A stretch of DNA of 64,000 nucleotides, from assembly GCA_037201505.1 (NCBI GenBank), contig JBBCHO010000005.1, positions 65,048-129,047 of the forward strand. The letters are read 5' to 3'. The stretch is from Bradyrhizobium sp. Its GTDB lineage: Bacteria; Pseudomonadota; Alphaproteobacteria; Rhizobiales; Xanthobacteraceae. The translations under genes were made by a program, and so were the position numbers. Positions 1-9,385 of this stretch are shown piece by piece. A model generated the notes under the pieces. That model worked only from the letters and a program-made list of their open reading frames with translations. It was not told where the DNA came from and searched no databases. Within the stretch, counting starts at the first letter, position 1. Every line of letters starts with the position of its first letter.

Positions 1-1284
1 GGCCCACGTAATATATTTGAGACCCTTTTCGGTCAGGAGCTCCTGATATCCGCCATGCAATTCGGTTGCGGCACGAATGTCGCTCAGGATATCCCGAGCG
101 CAGGATCGGTATGTATCGGTTCCCGAAAAGTCGTCGTAATCCAGCATGCGGTCGGCGAATTCGACATTGAACGTCGGCCACGAAGAACGCCCCTGGTAGG
201 ATGGGGACGCGATCTTGTGGATCATCCTTCGGCGTGGATTATCGGTGGAAACCAGGAAGTGAGACGTATTCGGCACACGAAACCGCGGTTCCCTGAGGAT
301 CACATCTGTCGTAGCCGCGAACAACACGCGTTCGCTCGCGTTGTTTAAATCCCAAAATCCGTGCTGCACATTGACGAAGTCAAGTGCGACGGAAGACGCA
401 GGTAGTTCGTTCCGGCAATCCAGGGAATGACGGATATAGCCACGCTCGCCGAACAAGAAGAGAAGTTGCGCTTTGTATTTTGAAAGTTCGCGCCCGAGCA
501 GTTGCTCCAACTCGCCGATGCCGATTATCCCGAGTTCTATCGCGCGCGAAAAAGTCGCGTAGACGCATGCATTGGTGACGAAACGCCGGCGTTCGGCGCG
601 GGTATCCGTCGCCGCGGAGCGGGGTGCGGCCGCGTCACACAGCAAATATCCGGTTCCGTTGTCGTCGAACGGCTCCAACGATCTGGCGAGCTGGATGATC
701 GCCTCTTTCAGATCTTCGCGATACTCGTTCAGCAACAAGCGGCCCGCATGGGCGCCCTGTGACAACCCCAGATACGACGCCGACGCTCTCTGGTCGGCGT
801 ATATGATTTGCTCCAGACCGGCGAGGATGCCGAGCAGCGTGTCTGAAGGTCGCGAAAAATAATTGACGCCAATATACCGGTTTCGTCCCGCCGGGATAAT
901 CGTGGTGGTGACAACACCGGCGCGAACCGCCTCCAGCATCAGCCGGACACTTCTTTCAAGCAGATGAACCCTGCGAATTGCATCCTCGGAGTCCATGATG
1001 GTGTCGGGATCGAGAACGTCGGGATAGAACCAGACAAAGTCCCGAGGATAATATGCCGATGCGTGCGGCGCTCCCGTGACAAGAAAAGATTCCGTCGTGG
1101 AAAATGCGCTGTTCATCGAGTGAGCGTACAACTCACCGATTTCGGAAGATGAATAATGCGTCTTTCTCAGGAATCGATCACCGAGAAAATTTGCCGCCTG
1201 AATGCCGTTGGCAACACAAGTGGCAAGCAAACCTTGGTAAAAACGGTATTCGCTATTCAGCGAAATGGGGCTCTTCATATCCAT
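1..1284 (-). CDS. Hypothetical protein (>428 aa, runs off the left edge), possibly a six-hairpin (alpha/alpha)6 glycosidase-like protein
   Basis: Missing from the ORF track because it has no stop in the window. Hand translation is open from ATG 1284 to base 1: MDMKSPISLNSEYRF...TGAPHASAYYPRDFVWFY...PSYQGRSSWPTFNVEF...GGYQELL...KYITWA. The YYPRDF and YQGRSSWP segments resemble the WxRD and YxNGxxWP motifs of GH15/63/100-like barrels (inference). Confidence 0.7.
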   Translation of the reverse strand, partial: MDMKSPISLNSEYRFYQGLLATCVANGIQAANFLGDRFLRKTHYSSSEIGELYAHSMNSAFSTTESFLVTGAPHASAYYPRDFVWFYPDVLDPDTIMDSEDAIRRVHLLERSVRLMLEAVRAGVVTTTIIPAGRNRYIGVNYFSRPSDTLLGILAGLEQIIYADQRASASYLGLSQGAHAGRLLLNEYREDLKEAIIQLARSLEPFDDNGTGYLLCDAAAPRSAATDTRAERRRFVTNACVYATFSRAIELGIIGIGELEQLLGRELSKYKAQLLFLFGERGYIRHSLDCRNELPASSVALDFVNVQHGFWDLNNASERVLFAATTDVILREPRFRVPNTSHFLVSTDNPRRRMIHKIASPSYQGRSSWPTFNVEFADRMLDYDDFSGTDTYRSCARDILSDIRAATELHGGYQELLTEKGLKYITWA

Positions 1285-1480
1285 GGGTAAACAATGTCCT
1301 GCGGCAGCGGATATCACTTGCAGGTACCCTAAACATCGTTGATTCGTCCCTGTCAAATGGCTGCGACACGTTCTCCGGGAACGTTTGGGACATGCCTCCC
1401 ACGAACCCGGGCGTGATGAGATGCGGCCTCCGTCAGCTCCCACGCAGGACGTGCTCGTTTTGGAGGAACGCGCGACCGGC

Positions 1481-1556
1481 ACTTCCGAGATTAGCTCGAA
1501 GCCGGACATGCTGCAGACATGTCAAACTCGACGCTAATGACCCGCAACGGACATTT
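1481..1556. repeat. Two degenerate ATGTCCGC...GCGGACAT-type palindromic units, 45-bp period
   Basis: acttccgagattagctcgaagccggacat and gacgctaatgacccgcaacggacat; CGGA at 1503 and 1548. Confidence 0.6.
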
Positions 1557-1601
1557 AACGATGCCACCAAGCGTCTATTGCCGCCCCCCGAAGTGACTCA
1601 T

Positions 1602-1907
1602 CTAAGAGCCAGGAAAATAGTCAACCTGGTGCCTTGTGATCCTAAGATCGCCGACTTCGTCGCGTGCGCGCATATGTTCCGGATGATCGCCATATGCGCG
1701 GAGCGACTCAAGATCGCGAAATTCGGAATAAAGAACTACGTCACAGGCATAGGAAATACGGCTGATGTCGATCCCGACCTCGATCTTGCCAAGGCCGGGA
1801 ACTCGGCCGTTCAAGCTCTCGAATGCTCGCTTAACGGTATGCGCGGCAGACAATCGTTGCTCCGGCGTGTCGCCGCGCACGTTCCACATCACGATGTGCT
1901 TGATCAT
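1602..1907 (-). CDS. Dabb family (stress-responsive A/B barrel) protein
   Basis: MIKHIVMW...DVVLYSEF...Y.DHPEH...HQVDY; 101 aa. Confidence 0.9.
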   Translation of the reverse strand: MIKHIVMWNVRGDTPEQRLSAAHTVKRAFESLNGRVPGLGKIEVGIDISRISYACDVVLYSEFRDLESLRAYGDHPEHMRARDEVGDLRITRHQVDYFPGS

Positions 1908-1942
1908 GAGATTACCAGTTCAACCGATTGATCGCGGCTACG

Positions 1943-3442
1943 CTATTCAGCGAAGGCCTCGGTTCGCTTCTGCCGAATCGTCGGCAGCGCCGCGACAACG
2001 AGGACGATGATGGCGATGGCTAGCAAAATCGCAGTCACCGGACGTTCCACAAATATGCGAGGATCGCCCCCGGACAAAACGAATGAGCGCCTGAGGTTCT
2101 CCTCGAGCATGGGGCCGATCACAAAGCCTAGCAGCAAAGGGGCGGGCTCGAAGTCCAGGCGCATTAGGAGATATCCCCCCAGTCCGAATACAATCATCGT
2201 GTAAACATGGAAGGGATTGTTCGAGATGCTGAGGATGCCGATGCAGCAAAATCCAATAATGGCTGGAAACAGATACTGATAAGGTATCGAGAGGAGCTTG
2301 ACCCAGATCCCGACCAGGGGAAGGTTGAGCACCAGCAACATCGCATTGCCGATCCACATCGACGCAATGAGGCCCCAGAACAAATCCGGTTTCTGCAGCA
2401 TCACAGTCGGGCCCGGCGTGATCCCTTGCACGATCATTGCGCCAATCATGAGCGCCATGACCGGTGTCGCCGGAATGCCCAGCGTCAGCATCGGAATGAA
2501 GGAGGTTTGCGCAGCTGCGTTGTTGGCAGATTCTGGACTGGCAACACCCTCGATGGCGCCTTTTCCGAAGGCTTCGGGCGTCTTCGAAATCTTCTTCTCG
2601 ATCGAATAAGCGGCGAAAGAAGCGAGAATAGCGCCGCCTCCCGGCAACACGCCGAGAATTGATCCCAAGGCCGTGCCGCGCAAAATCGGTAGCGCGATCT
2701 GCCTGACGTCGGCTCGGCTTAAGACGAGACCGCCCACCTTTTGCGTGATCATGGAGCGGACGCTTTCGTCCTCAAGATTGCGAACGATTTCGCATAGCCC
2801 GAACAATCCCATCGCGATCGCGACAAATTCGAGCCCGTCGGCCAGATCGGGAATACCGAACGTAAAGCGCTCCGCGCCGCTGTCCATGTCCTGCCCGATT
2901 GTTCCGAGCAAGACGCCCAACATCAACATGCCGAGCGCCTTCACGATCGACCCCTGCGCCAGCGAAATCGACGCGACCAAACCGAGAACCATCAACGCAA
3001 AATATTCAGGCGAACCGACGCGCAGCGCCAGTTCGGTCAAGGGCGGCGCGAGGACGGCGATCAGAACGGTCGATACCGTGCCGGCGAAGAATGAACCGAT
3101 CGCAGCCGTCGCAAGCGCTGCGCCGGCGCGACCCTTGCGTGCCATCTGATAGCCGTCCAGCGCAGTGACGATCGACGATGCCTCACCGGGCATGTTGATT
3201 AGGATCGATGTCGTCGAGCCGCCATACTGCGTGCCGTAATAGATTCCCGCCATCATGATGAGCGCCGACACAGGTGGCATCGCGAAGGTGATCGGTAACA
3301 GCATGGAGATGGTTGCGACCGGTCCGATGCCGGGCAGCACGCCAACCAGTGTCCCCAGGAACACGCCGACGAAACAAAACCCGATATTGTAAAACGAGAG
3401 TGCGGTCGTGAAGCCGAGACCGAGATGCGCGAAGACGTCCAT
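1943..3442 (-). CDS. tctA: Tripartite tricarboxylate transporter large permease
   Basis: GTLVGVLPGIG, YGGSTTSILINMPGE and PESANNA motifs; 499 aa, hydrophobic. Confidence 0.95.
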   Translation of the reverse strand: MDVFAHLGLGFTTALSFYNIGFCFVGVFLGTLVGVLPGIGPVATISMLLPITFAMPPVSALIMMAGIYYGTQYGGSTTSILINMPGEASSIVTALDGYQMARKGRAGAALATAAIGSFFAGTVSTVLIAVLAPPLTELALRVGSPEYFALMVLGLVASISLAQGSIVKALGMLMLGVLLGTIGQDMDSGAERFTFGIPDLADGLEFVAIAMGLFGLCEIVRNLEDESVRSMITQKVGGLVLSRADVRQIALPILRGTALGSILGVLPGGGAILASFAAYSIEKKISKTPEAFGKGAIEGVASPESANNAAAQTSFIPMLTLGIPATPVMALMIGAMIVQGITPGPTVMLQKPDLFWGLIASMWIGNAMLLVLNLPLVGIWVKLLSIPYQYLFPAIIGFCCIGILSISNNPFHVYTMIVFGLGGYLLMRLDFEPAPLLLGFVIGPMLEENLRRSFVLSGGDPRIFVERPVTAILLAIAIIVLVVAALPTIRQKRTEAFAE

Positions 3443-3454
3443 GTCCCGATTCTC

Positions 3455-3943
3455 CTAATGAAACCACTGACCGAAAAACGGCACGGGCATCCCAAGCACC
3501 TTAATAAATACTGCCCAGCCCATCGCGACCATCACGGCGGTCATAATTATCGTAGGCAATACACGCCATTTGCGGCTCGCCAAGGCGGAGAGCGCAACGG
3601 CGCCGCCGAGCGCCGGACCAAATCCGAGCGGCCTAACCAGAAGGCCGAAGAACAGCAACGCCGCGGTCAAAAACAATATTCCTCGCCAGGGCACATCGCC
3701 GGGTGGGTTGACCGGCTCATCCTCTTCGAGCACGGCAGGACCGGTGATCGGCTTGGGCGACGAAATCAGCACGATCGTTCCAAGCAGGACCAGTATCCCG
3801 GAAAGGATCAAGGGGAAGTAACCCGGACCCATGCTGCTGACACTGCTGATCGTCAGTTCGCGGCCGGACCAGGCGAAGAACATACCGATGGCAATCAGCA
3901 GTAGGCCTGATGCCAGGTTTTTGGTTCGTGCGGATAATGGCAT
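3455..3943 (-). CDS. tctB: Tripartite tricarboxylate transporter small permease
   Basis: MGPGYFP motif, about 4 TM segments, lies between tctC and tctA; start taken at ATG 3943. Confidence 0.9.
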   Translation of the reverse strand: MPLSARTKNLASGLLLIAIGMFFAWSGRELTISSVSSMGPGYFPLILSGILVLLGTIVLISSPKPITGPAVLEEDEPVNPPGDVPWRGILFLTAALLFFGLLVRPLGFGPALGGAVALSALASRKWRVLPTIIMTAVMVAMGWAVFIKVLGMPVPFFGQWFH

Positions 3944-3957
3944 GTGTGCTTCGCGGC

Positions 3958-4965
3958 CTAGTTCTTCAGCGGCGAAATGCCAACTGTATCCGGAGAGGCG
4001 CGCGTCAGTCCCGCGGCATTCATCATCCATGCGGACGACACGACTGTCGGCCAAACCGCATCCTGCGCCGCTTTGCCGGACAGGACAGTTGTCAACGCGC
4101 CGCGCTCATCCGCCCACTTTTTCAACGTGATCGAATGGGCGATCTCGTTGTTCCAAATTCGATCGACGGTATCGATGACGTTCTGCGGGACACCCTTCGG
4201 GATCAGGATACCGAATTGCGTCGTCACCGCCGGCAAATTGGGAATCCATTTCTTGATTGATGGGATGGTGCCATAGTCGCTCAACGCAAGCGGTTCGTCG
4301 CTCAGCGCCGCCAGCGGCCTGAGACGTTTCGCGCGGATCATATCGGCCTGATCGCTGGCCAGTTCGGCGTTAATGACGGTTTCTTGCGAGATCGTCGACA
4401 TCACCGCAGGCGCGCCACCCTGATAGTTGACGAGACGATATTTGATGTGAGCAGTCTGCGCGATCGCCTCCATCGCGAAGTGACCGCTGGTGGCGGGCCC
4501 CGCAGTGCCCGCCGTGATCTTTCCAGGCTGATCCTGCAGTGCCTTGAACAAATCGCCGAAATCCGCATAAGGCGCAGCGGTCGCAACGCTGATGATGGGA
4601 ACATTGGTAATGGCGAGATACTGATTGAAATCATCCAGCGACACCTTGACATCGCTCATGATGGAATAGGTGCCGACCAGCCGATTGGCATTACAAAGCC
4701 GAGTATAACCGTCTTTTGGCGCCTCGCGCACCGCCCTCGTCCCAATCGCACCGGTGGCGCCCGATTGATTGATGACTATGAAGCTCTGCTTGAGCGTCTT
4801 CTGCATCTCGGAGGCGATGATCCGGGCAACTTGGTCAGCGGTACCTCCCGGTGGGAACGGCACGACGATCGTAACCGGACGATCCGGCTTCCAGTCATCG
4901 GCAAAGGCCGTGATCGGGCAGATCAGTAGAAGGGCAGCTATCACGCATTTCAAAACATGTCTCAT
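3958..4965 (-). CDS. tctC: Bug/TctC family periplasmic substrate-binding protein
   Basis: Signal peptide, P.RPVTIVVPFPPGG.AD..AR and Y.GG motifs. Confidence 0.93.
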   Translation of the reverse strand: MRHVLKCVIAALLLICPITAFADDWKPDRPVTIVVPFPPGGTADQVARIIASEMQKTLKQSFIVINQSGATGAIGTRAVREAPKDGYTRLCNANRLVGTYSIMSDVKVSLDDFNQYLAITNVPIISVATAAPYADFGDLFKALQDQPGKITAGTAGPATSGHFAMEAIAQTAHIKYRLVNYQGGAPAVMSTISQETVINAELASDQADMIRAKRLRPLAALSDEPLALSDYGTIPSIKKWIPNLPAVTTQFGILIPKGVPQNVIDTVDRIWNNEIAHSITLKKWADERGALTTVLSGKAAQDAVWPTVVSSAWMMNAAGLTRASPDTVGISPLKN

Positions 4966-5035
4966 AACCGCTACTCCTGCGTTTCCTGTTGCGGCGGCCC
5001 TCAGTCTTGATGCTGTGTGCCGCCTTCGACGTAAC

Positions 5036-5506
5036 TTAAGCGATATCCGGCCGGTAAGCCCGGAGATCGTCGTATTGAACCAGTTCGAGTGGATTACCCT
5101 CGCTGTCGCGAAAGAACATCAGCCTCGTGCCGGCGCGGGTTTGCACGGGCGCACTGGCGAGAAGGGTGGCGCCGGCCTTTCGCAGGCGATCGATGGCCTG
5201 TTCGATATCGGCGACAACGAAGGTGAGATAGCTGATGCCTGTATTCGCCAAAATCGACGAGCCGATATTAGCTTGCGCGGCAGGGGGATCGATTTCGAGC
5301 AATTTAATCCGTTCACCGTAATTGGTCTGCATCCGCACCATTCTGAAGGCGACCGAACCGAAGCCGGCGGCTTCGGCCCGCTCTGGGGACAGAGTAGCTT
5401 CAGAAATTCGTTCGAAACCGAGAACGTCCTGATAAAACGCCGTTGCGCGTTCGAGGTTGGTGACGGATATCCCGATCTCTAGCGGCGCTTTCATGGTCAC
5501 TGTCAT
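5036..5506 (-). CDS. VOC (glyoxalase/bleomycin resistance) family protein
   Basis: IGISVTNLERA..FYQDVLGF and FFRDSEGNPLELVQ. Confidence 0.9.
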   Translation of the reverse strand: MTVTMKAPLEIGISVTNLERATAFYQDVLGFERISEATLSPERAEAAGFGSVAFRMVRMQTNYGERIKLLEIDPPAAQANIGSSILANTGISYLTFVVADIEQAIDRLRKAGATLLASAPVQTRAGTRLMFFRDSEGNPLELVQYDDLRAYRPDIA

Positions 5507-5515
5507 GGCGATGGC

Positions 5516-6313
5516 TCAGAATGGATTGGTTACAATGCCGCCATCCGCGCGCAGCGCTGCGCCGTTGGTGGCGCTCGATGCTTTCGAGCAGATGTAGCAA
5601 ATCAGGTTGGCCACTTCCTCAGGCATCGCGTACCGTTGCAGCAACGAAGCCGGACGACGTTCGGTGAACGTCTTTGCCGCGAGTTCGTCGGCGGTGGTGC
5701 CGAGGCCCTTGGCGCGGGCCGCGAGCCGCACCGGAGCCATCTCAACCCAGGTCGGACCAGGTAACACGGAATTCACCGTGACATTGGTCGACTTCGTCTG
5801 CTCGGCCGCACCGCGGGCAATGAAAAGCTGCGCCGCTTTCGAGAAGCCGTAGTGAACCATCTCCTTCGGCACGAAGATCGCGGACTCGCTGGAAACGAAG
5901 ACAACCCTGCCCCAGGCGTTCTTGTCCAACATCCCCTTCAGATAATGCCGCGTCAGCCTGACGCCACTCATCACGTTGACTTCGAACATCTTTTCCCAAT
6001 CGCCATCTTCGATGTCGAAGAAACCCTTGGGTTCGTAGACCCCGAGGTTGTTGACGAGGATATCGACCGACGGGAAGCGGGCGATTATATCGGCGCAGCC
6101 CTTTGCCTCGCCAAGGTCAAAGGCGGCCTCACGAAGTTGCGCCGCGGGTACCCTGTGCCTGATCTTGGCTACCGCTTCGGCTACGTTCGACGCTTCGCGG
6201 CCGTTGACAATCACTTCCGCACCCATGGTGGCCAGTCCGACGGCGGTGGCAAGGCCTATTCCACGTGTCGACCCTGTCACCAGCGCCAGCTTGCCGGTCA
6301 AATCCATATCCAT
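5516..6313 (-). CDS. SDR family NAD(P)-dependent oxidoreductase
   Basis: TGSTRGIG, NNLG and YGFSK (YxxxK); start taken at MDMDL (6313). Confidence 0.92.
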   Translation of the reverse strand: MDMDLTGKLALVTGSTRGIGLATAVGLATMGAEVIVNGREASNVAEAVAKIRHRVPAAQLREAAFDLGEAKGCADIIARFPSVDILVNNLGVYEPKGFFDIEDGDWEKMFEVNVMSGVRLTRHYLKGMLDKNAWGRVVFVSSESAIFVPKEMVHYGFSKAAQLFIARGAAEQTKSTNVTVNSVLPGPTWVEMAPVRLAARAKGLGTTADELAAKTFTERRPASLLQRYAMPEEVANLICYICSKASSATNGAALRADGGIVTNPF

Positions 6314-6317
6314 CGCG

Positions 6318-7170
6318 TCAATCCTTGGTTTTGCGGAGTGGATCGTCCTCGTTGAGGACGAAATCGAATTCAAGATGATAACTTCCGTCTGGCTGCTCGG
6401 CCCAGTCGGCAACCAGCGACTGTCTCACGCCGAACACCGCGTCGGAATCGAGATAGAGATCGCCGTCGCGGAATACGTGCGTTATCAGCGTCTGGTAACC
6501 TGGTGCTTTGATCATGAACTGCAGATGAGCCGGACGCCAAGGATGACGTCCTAGTTTCGCCAGCATGTGGCCGACCGGTCCGTCGTGCGGGATCGGGTAG
6601 GCCCTCTGCCACGATCGATTTAAAGCTGAATTCGCCCCCAGCGCCTGAGGTCAGCGTTCTGCGGCCGCGATGCACACTCTGATCGAGATATTGAGCGTCG
6701 TAATGGCGTCAGAATCAGCCTGCCAGACCTCGATTTGCGCAGCTGCGATACCTTCGCCCCTGAGATTCCTGACACGTCCCTGGACTAGGCACGGAATACC
6801 GCCAGCGCCGTTCGCAACGTCCTCGCCAAGCTCGTAGTGCGGTGCACCCTCGACATAGAACGGTCCGAACACGGTGGACCTCGGTGCATCCCTGCGGCTT
6901 CTTCTGGTTCTGCGCGGTCACCAGCATCGATAGCCCGAGGGTATCGGACAACAAAACGAATTCCTGTCGAGTGTCGTTGGTAATATGCCCGACATCGGTC
7001 AGGAAAGTGATGCCTTTTAGCCACTCCGCTTCCGTCAGCTTAACTTCGCGCGCGAAAGCATGAAGGTGCTGAACTAGATTGGTCATTAATTCGCGGAAAC
7101 GGACGTCTGAAGCCGGTGCATGCCGTGCGATGACGGCCTGCGTGATATTATCCTCATTCAGATTTCGCAC
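6318..7170 (-). CDS. Hydroxyquinol 1,2-dioxygenase-like intradiol dioxygenase (about 3 frameshifts; one iron ligand altered)
   Basis: Fragments join in order: ITQAV..LVQHLHAFAREVKLTE..RQEFVLLSDTLGLSML / VFGPFY..IEVWQAD / YPIPHDGPVG.ML..LGRHPWRPAHLQF..ITHVF...DSDAVFGV; GTG start at 7170. Confidence 0.88.
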
Positions 7171-7289
7171 GCGTTTCCCCACGTGGCAGCGTCGTTGCCT
7201 GCCTGTTTTTTGTACCTTAAGGTAAAAAAGCGGTGACAGAAAGCCGCCGACCGAAAAGGTGTTTTCCGCTTTTCGCAAATCTGGACGTT

Positions 7290-8206
7290 ATGGACCGTTG
7301 GACCGAGATAGAAGTCTTCGTGCAGATCGCCGAGTTGGGCAGCATATCCCGGGCGGCAGAAGCGCTCGGACTTTCCAATGCGGCCGCGAGCCGTCATCTC
7401 TCAGCGCTTGAGCATCGCCTTGCCGCACGCCTCATCCAACGTAATACGCGCCGTCTTTATCTCACGGATGCGGGGTCTGAGTTTTTCAACCAATGCAGGA
7501 AAATCATTTCGGATCTCTATGGCGCAGAATCCGCCGTCAACGCCACCGTAGTCAATCCGACCGGACTTCTTCGGATCACGGGATCGCTGTCGTTTTGCAT
7601 GAACCACGTCGTACCTTTGCTTCCAGACTTCACAGCATGCTACCCAGGCCTTCGTGTGGAAATCGTTGCCGCCAACCGCTACTACGATCTTATCGAAAAT
7701 GGCATCGATCTTGCGATACGAACTCGCGAATATGAGGGTGACTCCAATATCGCCGTGAGGCGGCTTGCTATAACGCGTCGAATTCTTGCGGCATCGCCGC
7801 AATATCTTCAGCGCAACGGGACTCCGGAGAACCTTGAGCAGCTCGCACGGCATCCCTTGTTAATTTATACATACGCAAACCAGCCCGACAAACTCCGCTT
7901 CAAGCGCGACGACAAAAACCGTCGTCATCGATGTCAAGGGCGTGCTCGAAGCCAACGACGGACAGTTGCTACGTCAGGCTGCGTTAAATCACATGGGAAT
8001 TCTTGTACAACCTCGTTACATCGTCCATGACGACATCGTTGCAGGCCGACTAGTCCCAGTGCTGGACGAATGGGATCTGCCACGACTGACCATCAATCTC
8101 GCATTCCAAAGCCGCCAGCATTTGCCTGCCAAGGTGAGATGTTTTATCGACTTCATCGTCGAGCATTTTCGTAAAATGGGACTATGAACGGAAATGGACG
8201 GCGTGA
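7290..8206 (+). CDS. LysR family transcriptional regulator (frameshifted), divergent from the dioxygenase
   Basis: HTH GSISRAAEALGLS.AAASRHLSALE..L..RL..RNTR; C-terminal LPAKVRCFIDF in a second frame; probable end ...YERKWTA* at 8206. Confidence 0.92.
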
Positions 8207-8653
8207 GCGCGGATGCTGGGCGAGGTTCAGAAGGACAGCCGGATCTGATACTCTTGGATTTTCACCTGACCGGCTAATTTAGATCGCGTTCAAATCGCTT
8301 GTTAGAATGGAAATTTGAGAATCACACGCTAAATCATTGAAATAGTTTGGGTGATTGAACAGCCCCATCGGAGAGGGTGAAGAGCCCGAAGCGCTTCATC
8401 GTAGCGGGTGAGATGCTGGTGGTAGACAGCTACGCATGCAATAACAAATAGCTAGTAAATGGGCTCGAATTTCTTGCTGGACACAATGTTGGACGTATTT
8501 TGACGCTGATTCAGATACGGCATTGTCCGGTCAAGCCTCTCGCGCGTGACAGCTAGCCGCCGCTATTCTGCGCCAAGCTTCTGCACCAAAACAGCACGTT
8601 AAATCAACGCGCTTGGTGGCTGCAGAATTCTTGATTTGTGCCTAAGCCGGTCG

Positions 8654-8773
8654 ATGTCCGTTATAAGGGGTGGAACGGAGTCTCAGGAAACGCAAAGCCA
8701 TTTCCGAGTTTGGCACAAAGTGGACGTGGCGCAATGTTCGACTTGAGTCCGCTAAGCGCACGAAAGCGGACGC
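8654..8773. repeat. Three degenerate ATGTCCGC...GCGGAC palindromic units, 45-46-bp period
   Basis: TCC at 8657, 8703 and 8748, each followed by CGGA/TGGA at 8676, 8721 and 8767. Confidence 0.65.
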
Positions 8774-8827
8774 TCGTCGATCACGTCAAACTTGTGGGTT
8801 GACGCCGCAGAAATGGCACGCGCGCGT

Positions 8828-9300
8828 GATTTGCCCGTCGCGTTAATCTGTCGCAATCGTCATCGTTGATCGCACCACCAAATCAAAGGCAGAATCATAG
8901 CGTCTCGTCCCACACGAGGGCGTATCGCGATCGTCACGGACGCGGGTATGAGATGCGGTGGACGTTAGCGGCGCCTTTGACGAAAGCGCTGATAGCGGAC
9001 GGCGAAGTCGTGTGGTCCTGACGCCTCGACGCCGGCGTCAAGTTCGCGGAAGTATTCGCGGATGACGGTGACAATAAAGCCCGATCACCGGGGAGAGCTC
9101 GAAGGAAACCGTTAAAACCATTGCGTGCGGGAATGCCGGGTTCTCCGGTGTACCTGTGGCTTCTACCCCTGTGCTTTTTTGTTGCACAGGGGGCTACGGG
9201 TGCAGCGGGGCACCCGGCATTCCCCACGCCCTCTGTTTTCAGGGCGAGAGATCCAGGCATGACTCGGGGCGTAATGAGCCGCGGGAATGCGGACGTGTGT
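8828..9300 (+). repeat. ~470-nt highly structured intergenic element (candidate structured RNA or non-autonomous mobile element)
   Basis: At least 8 stems, many with G-T(U) pairs, including a perfect 13-bp stem (9129-9141/9212-9224). The core GCGGACGGCGAAGTCGTGTGGTCCTGACGCC is one I recall as multi-copy in Bradyrhizobium (recollection, not checked). Confidence 0.75.
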
Positions 9301-9385
9301 CTAGAGTGGCCGTTGCGGTTGGCATTCGCAACCGCGGCACCTATAGTTTGCCCGTTCAAAAGCAGGCATTCAGGAACTGGAATTG

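Noticed and set aside
1104-1931. 275-aa plus-strand ORF
   Set aside because: It overlaps the Dabb gene and the edge ORF antisense, runs through repeats, and has no recognisable motif.
8654-8773. Periodic units as a CRISPR array
   Set aside because: The units are degenerate, the spacers are under 20 bp, there are only three copies, and no cas genes are present.
8828-9300. Group II intron or tRNA identity for the structured element
   Set aside because: I could not find a domain V motif or a cloverleaf with a T-loop.
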